The notes below the pieces were generated by a model. That model searched no databases, was not told where the DNA came from, and saw only the letters and a list, made by a program, of their open reading frames with translations. This document shows, one piece after another, positions 22,900-32,177 of a stretch of 32,524 nt of DNA (the stretch's first letter is position 1; the number at the start of each line of letters is the position of its first letter). Origin of the DNA: Octopus bimaculoides (taxonomy: Eukaryota); NCBI RefSeq assembly GCF_001194135.2, contig NC_068984.1:80296442-80328965 (forward strand), in the 5' to 3' direction. Position numbers and translations under genes: made by a program.

Positions 22900-23225
22900 G
22901 CATTATCATATTAATAATAATAATAATAATTCTCATCGTTTTTGTTATTGTTGTTCTTAGTATTTTTGTTGTTGTTATACTTGCTGTTATTATTGTTAAA
23001 CACACCTGCTAAAAATGCCTGACTGCGTAATTTCTTCAGATCGCAATATTTGAACAAGTTTTATAAAGATTAAATAGAAATCCATTTCTTGGAGTCTTTT
23101 TTCCCCTCTTTTAGCTCTGTTCTTATCCTTTTCGTTCTTTCTCGTTTTCCATCTGATTATTATTATCATTATTATTGTTTGTATCATTATTATATTAGTG
23201 CTATTGTTATTATTGATACTGTTCC
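22900..23225. repeat. Degenerate (TTA)/(TTG) low-complexity region
   Basis: Directly visible trinucleotide-type runs. Confidence 0.7.
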
Positions 23226-23734
23226 TGTTGTGTTACGTTATGCAGTTACTTATTCACTTTGATACGTTGAAAGAAAGACACACAGAACATACGAAGTTAA
23301 CAGATTACATCTGCAAGGAACATGTGGATGGAAAACAAAACTATTACAATCAAAGTGTATGTAGTAATATACACTAATACAAAGTTTCTTTTGATCGAAT
23401 CATCACATAGACCAACAGGCGGGGGATCGTTTTTAGTACTGCAGGCGAATTCTGAGTGCTGTTCTTTCTCATTTTATAATAACCAGTGTGCGAAAAGTTC
23501 GTTCGCTATGCAAAAAATTTCCCTTGACAAATGAATAATAAGTATCAATTATTAATTACTACATTGGCAACTAACCTTCTGTGCACTCAGTTTCTTGTGA
23601 GTATATTAATTTCTGGTATATTCAGAATGTTAGACGTGTGTGTGCACACGACAGTATATCTTTGGAGAGAATAGCACTTACGGGTATAGATATGCGCTTA
23701 AAAGATAATGATTCTTAAATTTTGTAATTTATCT

Positions 23735-23997
23735 TTATCTTTTACTTGGACCGCGGCCATGCTAGGGCACCGCTTTGATGGCTTTAGTCTGGTACTTATT
23801 TTATTAGTCTCTTTTGGCAAAACAGCTAACTGACAAACACCAATCGCCAAGAAGACTTACACAAACATACAAATATATGAAATTTCATACAGTTTCCGCC
23901 TTCCAAATTTACTCACAAGGCATTGGTCGGCCTGAGGCTAAAGCAGAAGACACTTAACCATAATGTCACGCAGTGGAACTAAACCTGAAACTGCGCC
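23735..23997 (-). mobile_element. SINE family A, internally deleted
   Basis: cgcggccatgctagggcaccgc (tail), cagtttccgccttccaaatttactcacaaggcattggtcggcctgaggcta (body), cgcagtggaactaaacc (head). Confidence 0.85.
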
Positions 23998-24073
23998 ATT
24001 GCCATTGTGGAGGTGGGCACACTTTAAGCTCTGCTTTGACCTATCGATGAACAACCGTCATTCAGTTTTGTAG

Positions 24074-24184
24074 ATCGGAATTCCCAATTCCTCCTGTAAA
24101 CCCTGGATGTTATAGCAATACACAAACCTTCAGTCACTCGAAAGCACTTAGATCGAAAGTAGAGTACCTCCGTTTCTTTTTCAA
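24074..24184 (+). CDS. Candidate 111-bp symmetric (phase 2-2) coding exon
   Basis: Acceptor cagttttgtag|, donor CAA|GTAAGT. Only one frame is open: SEFPIPPVNPGCYSNTQTFSHSKALRSKVEYLRFFF. Product not recognised. Confidence 0.3.
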
Positions 24185-24861
24185 GTAAGTTCTTCTCATC
24201 CAGTCTTGATGCTTTGGAGGGAGATTTGAAACTAACTATAGGCTTACATCCTTTTCAAAACTCAACTTAAAATATCAGATCTGAGAAATTCTCACTTCTT
24301 ATCAATAAAATAATACACGCGATCAGCTGACCAGTCCTATTACGACCAGACAAACAATACAACTGTGCTTATTCAAAGATTAACTGAAGAAAAAGAAACT
24401 TGACTTGATAGGAAAAAAAACTGACTGTAGTTTTAATTGAACTGAATGGAAATCATGTTCAAAATTGTTGCCTATTTGTTCATTTTCGGTTCAATTTCCA
24501 CAGAGATCGAATTAATCTTGCATTCTTCCAGGCCAATTAAATAAGTACGAATTAAATACTGCAATCAATATAATTCAACTGTACTCGGCCTCCAAATTTG
24601 AGACCTTGCGTTTGTTGGTCTTCCTCTTCGTGTTGTACACTTAAAATTATTTAACTTGCTGCTTTAATGTATCGGCACCTTATTCTTTAACAAGTTTATC
24701 ATGTTACTGAATTTTGTGCGTTTCCAATATCTTGTTCTAAGGCTTTATATTTAGAGAATACCTGTATTTCTTTTGCTCTAAACAATATATAAGCCATGTA
24801 CATTTTTTTTAGTGATTCCTTTAGATCTCCTTCATTGTAGAAGTCTATGTTTTTAATGATT

Positions 24862-25036
24862 CTTTCAAATTTGGGTACCAGCCCCAAACATTTGAGGGGT
24901 AGATGTAGGTCGATGTAATCGACCCTAATACTTGACTGCTACTCATTTTATCAACCTTAGCACAATTTGAACTCAGAACGTAAAGAGTCTGAAGCATTTT
25001 GTCCGACGCACTAACGATTCTACCAGCTCACCGCTT
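24862..25036 (-). mobile_element. SINE family B, internally deleted
   Basis: atttgaactcagaacgtaaaga, cactaacgattctaccagctcaccgc and ggtcgatgtaatcgaccc. Confidence 0.85.
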
Positions 25037-25710
25037 TTTTATGTTTCACGTAAGACTGAAACATGTTCAAACTGCCTTTCGTAATTATTGAATTATATAT
25101 ACTGATAAAATTCATCAAATTATTTTCTTTTACTAATTATATCAAATATGTAAACACTTAACTGTTGTTTTTGTTGCAGATGAAGTGTCGGAAATATTGT
25201 CTATACATTTATGTTTAAAGTTTCTCAGATTCTTTCAGAGCTATAGATTTTTGCTGCAATTAAAATCTTTGTACTATTTTGTTTTCCTTTCATTAGACCT
25301 TAACAAGAACATCCAAAACGATTCCTTTTTGCAGCTCTGTACGTGCCGATGATGACTGGTCTATTGAATATTTTTGTTAGTTATAATTTAACTCTATAAC
25401 GCTTGATTTATCAGTATACATAAATTATATATATTAATTTGATTTAGCTTATTTAAAAGGCAAGGAGTATATTTGATGTAAAAAAGCAAATTTTCTTACC
25501 CATACATACGCGATTATTATCACGTGTTCTGCGTATAACAATTGAATAAATGAATGTGTGGCGCTTCTTTTGGTGGATGAGGGAGCATTATTCAGTTTTG
25601 TATTGCGATATATTTATGAATATATTTCATTCTATATTGTTACGTTGCTTCCTTTTAGTTTTTCTGACTATCAGAAACGTGAACCTCGCCTAACGTAGCT
25701 TCAGCTAAGA

Positions 25711-25713
<3 letters not shown>

Positions 25714-25750
<37 letters not shown>
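25714..25750. repeat. (TA)n
   Basis: Directly visible. Confidence 0.95.
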
Positions 25751-25755
<5 letters not shown>

Positions 25756-26356
25756 CAATTAAGATTCAGTTGAATTAGGTACTTAAATTGAGGTACGACA
25801 CTTGTACCTCATTGTTGCTCACTTATATTTTATGTATGTATTCGCGTACATATACGCAAATATACACATTAGTAATTTGGCAACAACTGCGATATACAAT
25901 TGTTGCATGCAATAATGTTATTCATATACAAAGAATTCTAAGAGCTCGTCCAATCTAATTTTCTTGTTTCCCGCTATAAGAATCATCAATAATTAACAAT
26001 ATGAGTTATATGGCTAACAATAGTTCTCGAAGACAGAGTGAGGTTTCATTCTGTATGAATAAAAAGATATTTGATTGTGAAAGTATTAAAACTTCACAGC
26101 TAATAGGCTTATATTTCGAAGTAAATATTCCTCAGATGTACAATGAAGAAGGTCAGTTATATAATAAAGATAGAGTAAAATATAGATTTGAATGTTTGAA
26201 AAGAGTACCTCGTCTTATAAAGTAAACGCCACTTTTATAACTTTCATTTAGAAATGATACAGAATATGTGAATTAAATAAAAGCAGTATTGAAGTGAATA
26301 ATATCCTGAATATATATACACTTCTGATAATGATGCCATAGGAAAAGTTTCTACAC

Positions 26357-28314
26357 CAGGCATAGGAAATCTTTTTAGTACCAAGGGGCAGTCATAAATA
26401 CAAAATACCTTTGAAATGTATTGGGTCGAGGAATAATTCATGAGCCTTTTTTCTCAAATTAAATGATGCACGCAGAAATAAATCACATTCACAAAATGTT
26501 TTGTGTTATTTAAAAGAAAAGTTTTTGCTCTACAAGATAGTGTGTTTTGATTTTTTAATTTTATTGATTTTTGTGTATTTTTAGATCATTGAAATGAAGT
26601 GTCAAATGGACAAAACTGAGCATTTTCGATACCATTTGCCTTTTGCATTTAATTGAGGTGTCAAGGCCACCGAAGCTGCTCGTGTGATTTGTACTATGTA
26701 TGGAGAAGGAGCAATGCCTCAAAGTACNNNNNNNNNNNNNNNNNNNNNNNNNNNNNNNNNNNNNNNNNNNNNNNNNNNNNNNNNNNNNNNNNNNNNNNNN
26801 NNNNNNNNNNNNNNNNNNNNNNNNNNNNNNNNNNNNNNNNNNNNNNNNNNNNNNNNNNNNNNNNNNNNNNNNNNNNNNNNNNNNNNNNNNNNNNNNNNNN
26901 NNNNNNNNNNNNNNNNNNNNNNNNNNNNNNNNNNNNNNNNNNNNNNNNNNNNNNNNNNNNNNNNNNNNNNNNNNNNNNNNNNNNNNNNNNNNNNTGTATC
27001 GTTCAATAATGACGTGGAATTGAGGGCTTGGTTGGACGAATTCTTTGAGTAAAAAAAACCGGGAAATTTTTATCGCCGAGGCATCGACAGACTTATTGAA
27101 CGATGAGAGAAAGTCGTAAGCAACAACGGAGAGTATATTATTGATTAATTTTTTTTTTCTAAATAAATTTGTAAAAAACGTTCATTAATTATTCCTCAAG
27201 AAATAACAATGAAGCACAATAACAGTTAAACATGTGATTGCGTTCGCAGCATGAATTAAAATGTTATAAGACGCTAATTAGCCAGGGGGTTATAACGCTT
27301 TAGATAACGAAAAACCAAAACCAACGCGGGGTATGTTTTACCTGGAATATTAATAGTCAAATCTACTTATCTTTGAGGACTAGATGTTAAAGGAGATCGA
27401 TAATGAGGCAATTCTCAGATAGGTGCAAAATAATTATTATCCGAAAGCAAGCAAAATTTAATGCCGAGAAAATATTCTCTAATGGTAAATCGTAGAAATC
27501 AATGATGCAATTTTCACTGCGGGATTCCTTGAGATTTAATATTTTTAGATATCTACCAAGGATCCATAAAACTGAAAAAAGAAAAACTATTAAATCTGAA
27601 TATCAAAGTATTATCCAATTGTAAATTAATTCATTCTAGTTGCAAGGAATCGAGAACTTAGCATTAAATCAAATACAGTTACGCTTATTTATAATTTGAA
27701 CTCATAATTTTGTCAATCTCGAAATCTTTTCAAATTGATCCAACAGAATGAAACATTCTGTAGTATATACTCCATTACAGACTTTAGTTCCTGTTGTTTC
27801 GGTGTTGGAAAAATGTAGCATGCTATATTATTTTCCAGTCCAGCTACAAACAGTTATAGCATTGATATTGGCGAAGAAGGCAATAACTGCATTCAGTCCA
27901 TGTGTTTTCAAATTTAGGTGATTTGAGTGATTCGTAAAATTGAACGTCAAATTTTGTAACCCTTTTTACATCATCTAATTTCATGATGCGAATGCCTTTA
28001 ACATCTATGAAAAAGTGTCACTTCGGCATTCAGTTCATAGAAGATTTGATTATGTACACTTTGCTTAACCAGAGAACCCCGCAATGATACAATAAATCAT
28101 ATTTATTTTGCATTCGAACTTTGTTGAAACTTTCCGATGTTTGATGCCCATTTTTCTCATAAAGTGGTGAGATAAAACCGGACATGCTTTGCCTCGCAAA
28201 ACCTGCAGAAGTTGTTCATAGGTATTGCAAGCTCTTCTAAATCCATCGCAATACTAAAAGGTCCTCCATATCATCACTATGTATCTCAGATTCAAAAGTT
28301 TCGCCCTTAGCCTG
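26357..28314 (-). mobile_element. hAT (Charlie/SPIN/Buster-type, GTF2IRD2-like) DNA transposon relic, interrupted by a mariner
   Basis: Minus-strand fragments in the expected order: FSIAMD (28258; first catalytic D motif), FMRKMGIKHRK, KYDLLYHCGVLWLSK (hAT LLYHxxVRWLS motif, about 28105-28060), FYELNAEVTLF, TNHSNHLNLKTHGLNAVI, LENN..IFPT, KRFRD, LQLE*INLQ, LRIAS (about 27410). Imperfect CAGGC-starting TIRs at 26357 and 28314; no TSD recovered. Confidence 0.8.
26419..27205 (+). mobile_element. Mariner (mellifera/capitata-like) with both TIRs; pseudogenised, centre in gap
   Basis: Left TA-ttgggtcgaggaataattcatgagcctttttt matches the reverse complement of right aaaaaacgttcattaattattcctcaagaaa-TA. 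N-terminus MKCQMDKTEHFRYHLPFAFN*GVKATEAARVICTMYGEGAM; C-terminus FNNDVELRAWLDEFFE*..FYRRGIDRLIER*EKVVSNNGEYIID*. Confidence 0.92.
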
Positions 28315-29149
28315 AGTGGGCAGCGAGGAGTGAGGTAGTTCTTACCTTCACTTTGGTTATTATACTCTGTTGGAATTATACAGCCTTTGTTTCAATTAAT
28401 TTTCAACATAATGTATTCAGTAAAATAACTTCATCATTTTGATGTTTGAAACATGAATTAAACGAAATTTTAATGGAAAGACTTAATTTGAAACAAGTTT
28501 GTATCTTAAATCCAGGAGCTGTCTCATGCAGGTTGGTATTAAAACATTTCATTACATTATTGATTCCCTAAGAATAATCACATGCTTTTTGTTGGTTAGA
28601 AAGAAATGGCATGTTACTAAGGAGATATTTATCTTCAATTTCTAACAAGTCAGCCAACCACGAAGGGTTTCTATCATTAAATCGTTGCATTGGGCAGTCT
28701 AGTGTTTGTTGTATCGTTGTTGATATTTCTGTTTCTGCTGCTGTTATTTAACTGCAAGTCATTTCTGGGAGAGCAGACCTATGACCAAAGGTATACCAGT
28801 CGCAATTTTGTTTCTTTTGTTTTGATTTTGCCAGATTTTTCTACTATTTTAGAATGTACATTGTGGTTTGCGGGAGAAGTATCTATTTCTAGCAGGTTAG
28901 CTATAATTTTACTATAGTGTAATATTACTTAGTCCGGTATAGTGTACTTAACATCTTGCATTATAGAGTTGAATACATTGAAACAAGCTGCGCTGAATAT
29001 TATTATGTAAACCTAGACATTGATTTATAAAATGTCATCTTTAAATGACAATGTATTTATTATCTTCGTAAATAATCCAGAGAAGTTGGAATGGAAAGAA
29101 ACTACTTAAAACTAGAACAATTGCAATACATTATATCCTTGTTGATTTT

Positions 29150-29153
<4 letters not shown>

Positions 29154-29228
<75 letters not shown>
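29154..29228. repeat. (TA)n
   Basis: Directly visible. Confidence 0.95.
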
Positions 29229-29234
<6 letters not shown>

Positions 29235-29282
29235 CACACACATACAAGTATATATATGGATACGTACATCGTTTTCTTCCAC

Positions 29283-29666
29283 TTTTTTTGTTTCAATCAT
29301 TAGACTGCAGCCATGCTGGGGCACAATCTCGAAGGGTTTTCGTCGGACAAATCGACCACAGTACATCCAGTACTTATTTTGTAGAGTCTGGTACTTATTC
29401 TATCGGCCACACATACCGAACCGCTAAGTTACCGAAATGTAAACAAATCAACACCGTTTGCCTAGCGGTGGTGGGGGAAAACGCAAGTACAGATTGTGTG
29501 TGTGTACACCAACAACGGGCTTCTTTCAGTTTCCGTCTAGGAAAATCTCTCAAAATGCTTTTGCCGGACTGGAGCTATAGTAGAAACCAGTTACCGAAGA
29601 TACCACGCCGTGGGACCAAACCTGGAACTGTTGGCAAACAAGCTTCTTACCACACAGCCATGCTTA
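29283..29666 (-). mobile_element. SINE family A, full length
   Basis: gactgcagccatgctggggcac (tail), gaaccgctaagttac, gggcttctttcagtttccgtcta and aagcttcttaccacacagccatgc (head). Confidence 0.9.
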
Positions 29667-30346
29667 TCTATATATATCATATTGGTGAATAAATGTAAAT
29701 TAATGCTGGTAAAATAAACATATAGCCTTCTTTCAGTGCATGTCAATGTTAGCCAGATTTTAGATGGAATAGCAATGGAAATGTCGGCAATCATCTTACC
29801 AGTACTTTCGTTCAAAATTGAAAAGGCTGTAAAGGAATGTTATACTTCTCCGTAAGACAAGGTTTACAGTCTCTGTAACAATAAGTTTGTAAGACGCACA
29901 TTCTATAATGGATTAGTCGATCTTGGGTGTTTTCAAGAAAGTTCCATATCTTTGCTTATTTCAGGCCTTTCTACAGAGACGAGATCTATTCACAACCATG
30001 TAGATAATGATGAATAGGCGAATGTGTGGTGCCTTTATTAACGTTTTGAGGACTTGAACAACTCAAATCTTGATGTGGTATTGAGTAATGATATCGGTGA
30101 GAATGACGCTATAAACCAGTGGTTCTCAACTTGGGTACATATGACAGTGTGTGTGTGTGTGGGGGGGTGTCCATGTAAGATTTTTGTGACTAAAATTTAT
30201 GTGAAAATAATTATTTATACTTCTACAATATACAAAATAGTTCAACAATTTTTTAAGATAAAATTCTTAATAATATCTACTTATAAAAATACTATAGAAT
30301 TTACATTATTTACAATTGACGGATATTTGTCCTCATCTTTGTTGTT

Positions 30347-30392
30347 AACACAACGTTTCGGCTGATATATCCTCCAGCCTTTACTAGGTGTC
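30347..30392 (-). ncRNA. Minimal type I hammerhead motif, left arm (core mutated to CUAGUAA; stem I intact)
   Basis: Minus strand: GACAC-CTAGTAA-A-GGCTG-gaggatatat-CAGCC-GAAA-CGT-T-GTGTT. Confidence 0.6.
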
Positions 30393-30466
30393 TTGGGGAA
30401 ATTTCGAACCTGGATTCTCATTCCTGAAGTATTTTTTGATGTTGTTGTTGTTATTATTATTATTAT

Positions 30467-30534
30467 GCTGCGTAGTGGTTAAGAGCGCGGGCTACTAACT
30501 CCAAGATTCCGAGTTCGATTCCAGGCAGTGACCT
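30467..30534 (+). promoter_or_regulatory. tRNA-derived Pol III internal promoter (A and B boxes)
   Basis: gcgtagtggttaag (A-box, 30470-30483), anticodon-loop-like ctactaa, gagttcgattcc (B-box, 30511-30522). Cloverleaf stems are imperfect and the 5' acceptor strand is truncated. Confidence 0.8.
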
Positions 30535-30535
30535 A

Positions 30536-30570
<35 letters not shown>

Positions 30571-30633
30571 TAACAATAACAACAACATCGAAAATACTTT
30601 AGGAATGAGAACCCAGGTTCGAAATTTCCCCAA

Positions 30634-30679
30634 GACACCTGATGAAGGCTGGAGGGTATATCAGCCGAAACGTTGTTCT
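30634..30679 (+). ncRNA. Minimal type I (Penelope-type) hammerhead ribozyme, right arm, intact catalytic core
   Basis: GACAC-CTGATGA(30639-45)-A-GGCTG/CAGCC 5-bp stem II-GAAA(30667-70)-CGT-T. Loopless palindromic ACGU stem III; predicted GUU cleavage after 30674. Stem I is weakened (GTTCT instead of GTGTT). Confidence 0.8.
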
Positions 30680-31059
30680 AACAACAAACAAGATGAGGAC
30701 AAATATCCATCAATTGTAAATAATGTACATAATGCCTCATCTCTTAAACATAGAACTGAAAAATACTATAGAATGTTTTAAACATCGAATGCTTATGAGG
30801 GAAAAGAGAAAGTCAGAGAGGATGAAGTTAGTTTGTGGGCCAGATGTAAAAGCATTGCTCCATTGTGGCCTCAGCTTGAGCTTTATGGTGTATCAGAAAT
30901 TGTTGGAGTGATATTTGTTCCGGCCGTGAGGAGAAAGGAACGATCATTGAGATGCGGTCCCCACAATGTTAAGGATGTGCTTTTATCGCTGGTGATAGTG
31001 AAGCGCAACATTTTTGAGTGCTCTGATTGCAAACACATCTGATAAATCTTTGTACAAAT

Positions 31060-31181
31060 GCGTATGTATGTGTATATACATTTATGTATATATGTATAGT
31101 TATATACATTTATGTATACGTATGTGTATATGTATACATACATGTATATATATATATATACATACATGTATATATATATAT

Positions 31182-31222
<41 letters not shown>

Positions 31223-31330
31223 TACACACGCATACATTTTTATATGCACATACGTCTATATACCTATATATGCACACATACTCACACTGATACACATGTC
31301 TCTCTCTATATAAACATGTATGTATGCATA
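31060..31330. repeat. Compound (TA)/(TACA)/(TATG) microsatellite
   Basis: Directly visible; source of several YI-rich pseudo-ORFs. Confidence 0.95.
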
Positions 31331-31332
31331 GA

Positions 31333-31560
31333 TAGTTGCGTTCAAAAAGTATCCGACTTTATTTTTCCCTGCCAAGCCTAATGTCACATGGGCAAAATGA
31401 GTCGGGTGGGAAATGACGCCACTCTCCCTGCGCACGTACAAAATTTTCGCGCTATAGGCTGCGTCAGTTCTGGCTTTTACGCCTATAGTACAGAAATGCA
31501 GTGCGCGCTCGTTGGATTTTCGTTTTTCACGTAAGATGACCGGACGCATCGTGCAGAGAC
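31333..31560 (+). mobile_element. Mariner 5' end (TIR, UTR and first codons MTGRIVQR)
   Basis: gcgttcaaaaagtatccgactttattttt TIR-like terminus; UTR similar to the opposite-strand copy at 31990-32130; ATG at 31536. Confidence 0.75.
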
Positions 31561-32177
31561 CATTAACTCATGTCTCATCACCAGTGATGATGGTCTTCAC
31601 AAAGTCTGGATCGTTGTTTGCACGATCCAGCAAGTCCTGAGCGATTTCCTTGCGGTGTTGCTTCTACTGCTTCGCTGATATTCATCCACCGTTGAAATAG
31701 AGTACCGATCCTGTGCTTACTCACACTTAGTGAGCTATTTCCTGGATTGTTACACGATGGTCTTCCATGACTATTCACCGAACCTTCTCAACTGGCTCCT
31801 AATTTCGGTTTGTGGATGGCCTGTCTGAGCATACCCCGCTCTCCACTGAGGTGCGGTCATATTTGGAGTGGTTGTATTACACCTTCACCTTAGTTTTACC
31901 CATGGCATCATCGCCAAAGGCTTGCTGAATCTTTTGGATAATTTGAACTTGAATATCACCAAGCTCTTCGCAAAACTTGATGCTGCTAGATCTTGCATGA
32001 GAACAACAGTCCTACGAGTGCACACTAGACATCACAACCGGGAACTGACGCGGCCTATCAGCGCGAAAGTTTTCACACAAGCGCAGGAAGGGTGGCGTCA
32101 CCTCTCACTCAGTGTTTTCTTTGCACTGCTAGGAATCACGTTGCTGTACACCAACGTCGTGAATTATTGAACGAGTA
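31561..32177 (-). mobile_element. Mariner 5' half, pseudogenised, truncated just after the first catalytic D
   Basis: Minus strand: SIKFCEELGDIQVQIIQKIQQAFGDDAMGKTKVK, RPSTNRN, MEDHRVTIQEIA, KQHRKEIAQDLLDRANNDPDFVKTIITGDET*V (TGDETW motif). Confidence 0.9.

Larger units (their letters stand above)
30301..30758 (+). mobile_element. TSD-flanked fold-back retro-element: inverted arm, tRNA-derived head, arm with hammerhead, 31-nt tail
   Basis: Perfect 16-bp direct repeat AAAAATACTATAGAAT at 30285-30300 and 30759-30774. Arms 30302-30466 and 30537-30727 are reverse complements (about 90% by hand outside the microsatellite). Confidence 0.9.
30117..30850. mobile_element. hAT-type MITE remnant hosting the fold-back insertion
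   Basis: Starts with CAGTGGTTCTCAAC (30117-30130), a classic hAT/Charlie terminus. AT-rich interior; the right terminus is not cleanly recognisable. Confidence 0.45.

Noticed and set aside
23296-23477. Minus-strand open frame with a transmembrane-like stretch (NFVLVYITTYTLIVIVLFSIHMF)
   Set aside because: No start codon or acceptor upstream; the hydrophobicity reflects a T-rich polypyrimidine tract.
24699-24887. 62-aa ORF MGLVPKFERIIKNIDFYNEG...
   Set aside because: Its start lies in a SINE tail; retained only as a weak candidate exon.
26001-26225. 74-aa ORF MSYMANNSSRRQ...
   Set aside because: No homology recognised, no supporting splice signals, and a length compatible with chance.
28130-28200. 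FMRKMGIKHRKV initially resembling a Gypsy integrase motif
   Set aside because: Downstream LLYHCGVLWLSK and further ordered motifs identify it as the hAT GLNHRQF region.
30467-30534. Possible tRNA gene (apparent ACT anticodon)
   Set aside because: The 5' acceptor strand is truncated and the T and anticodon stems have mismatches; it is embedded in a TSD-flanked element, so it is a SINE head.
31014-31381. YI/HT/CV-rich ORFs (also 959-1481, 19327-19702, 29091-29366)
   Set aside because: Translations of (TA)n, (CA)n and (TACA)n microsatellites.
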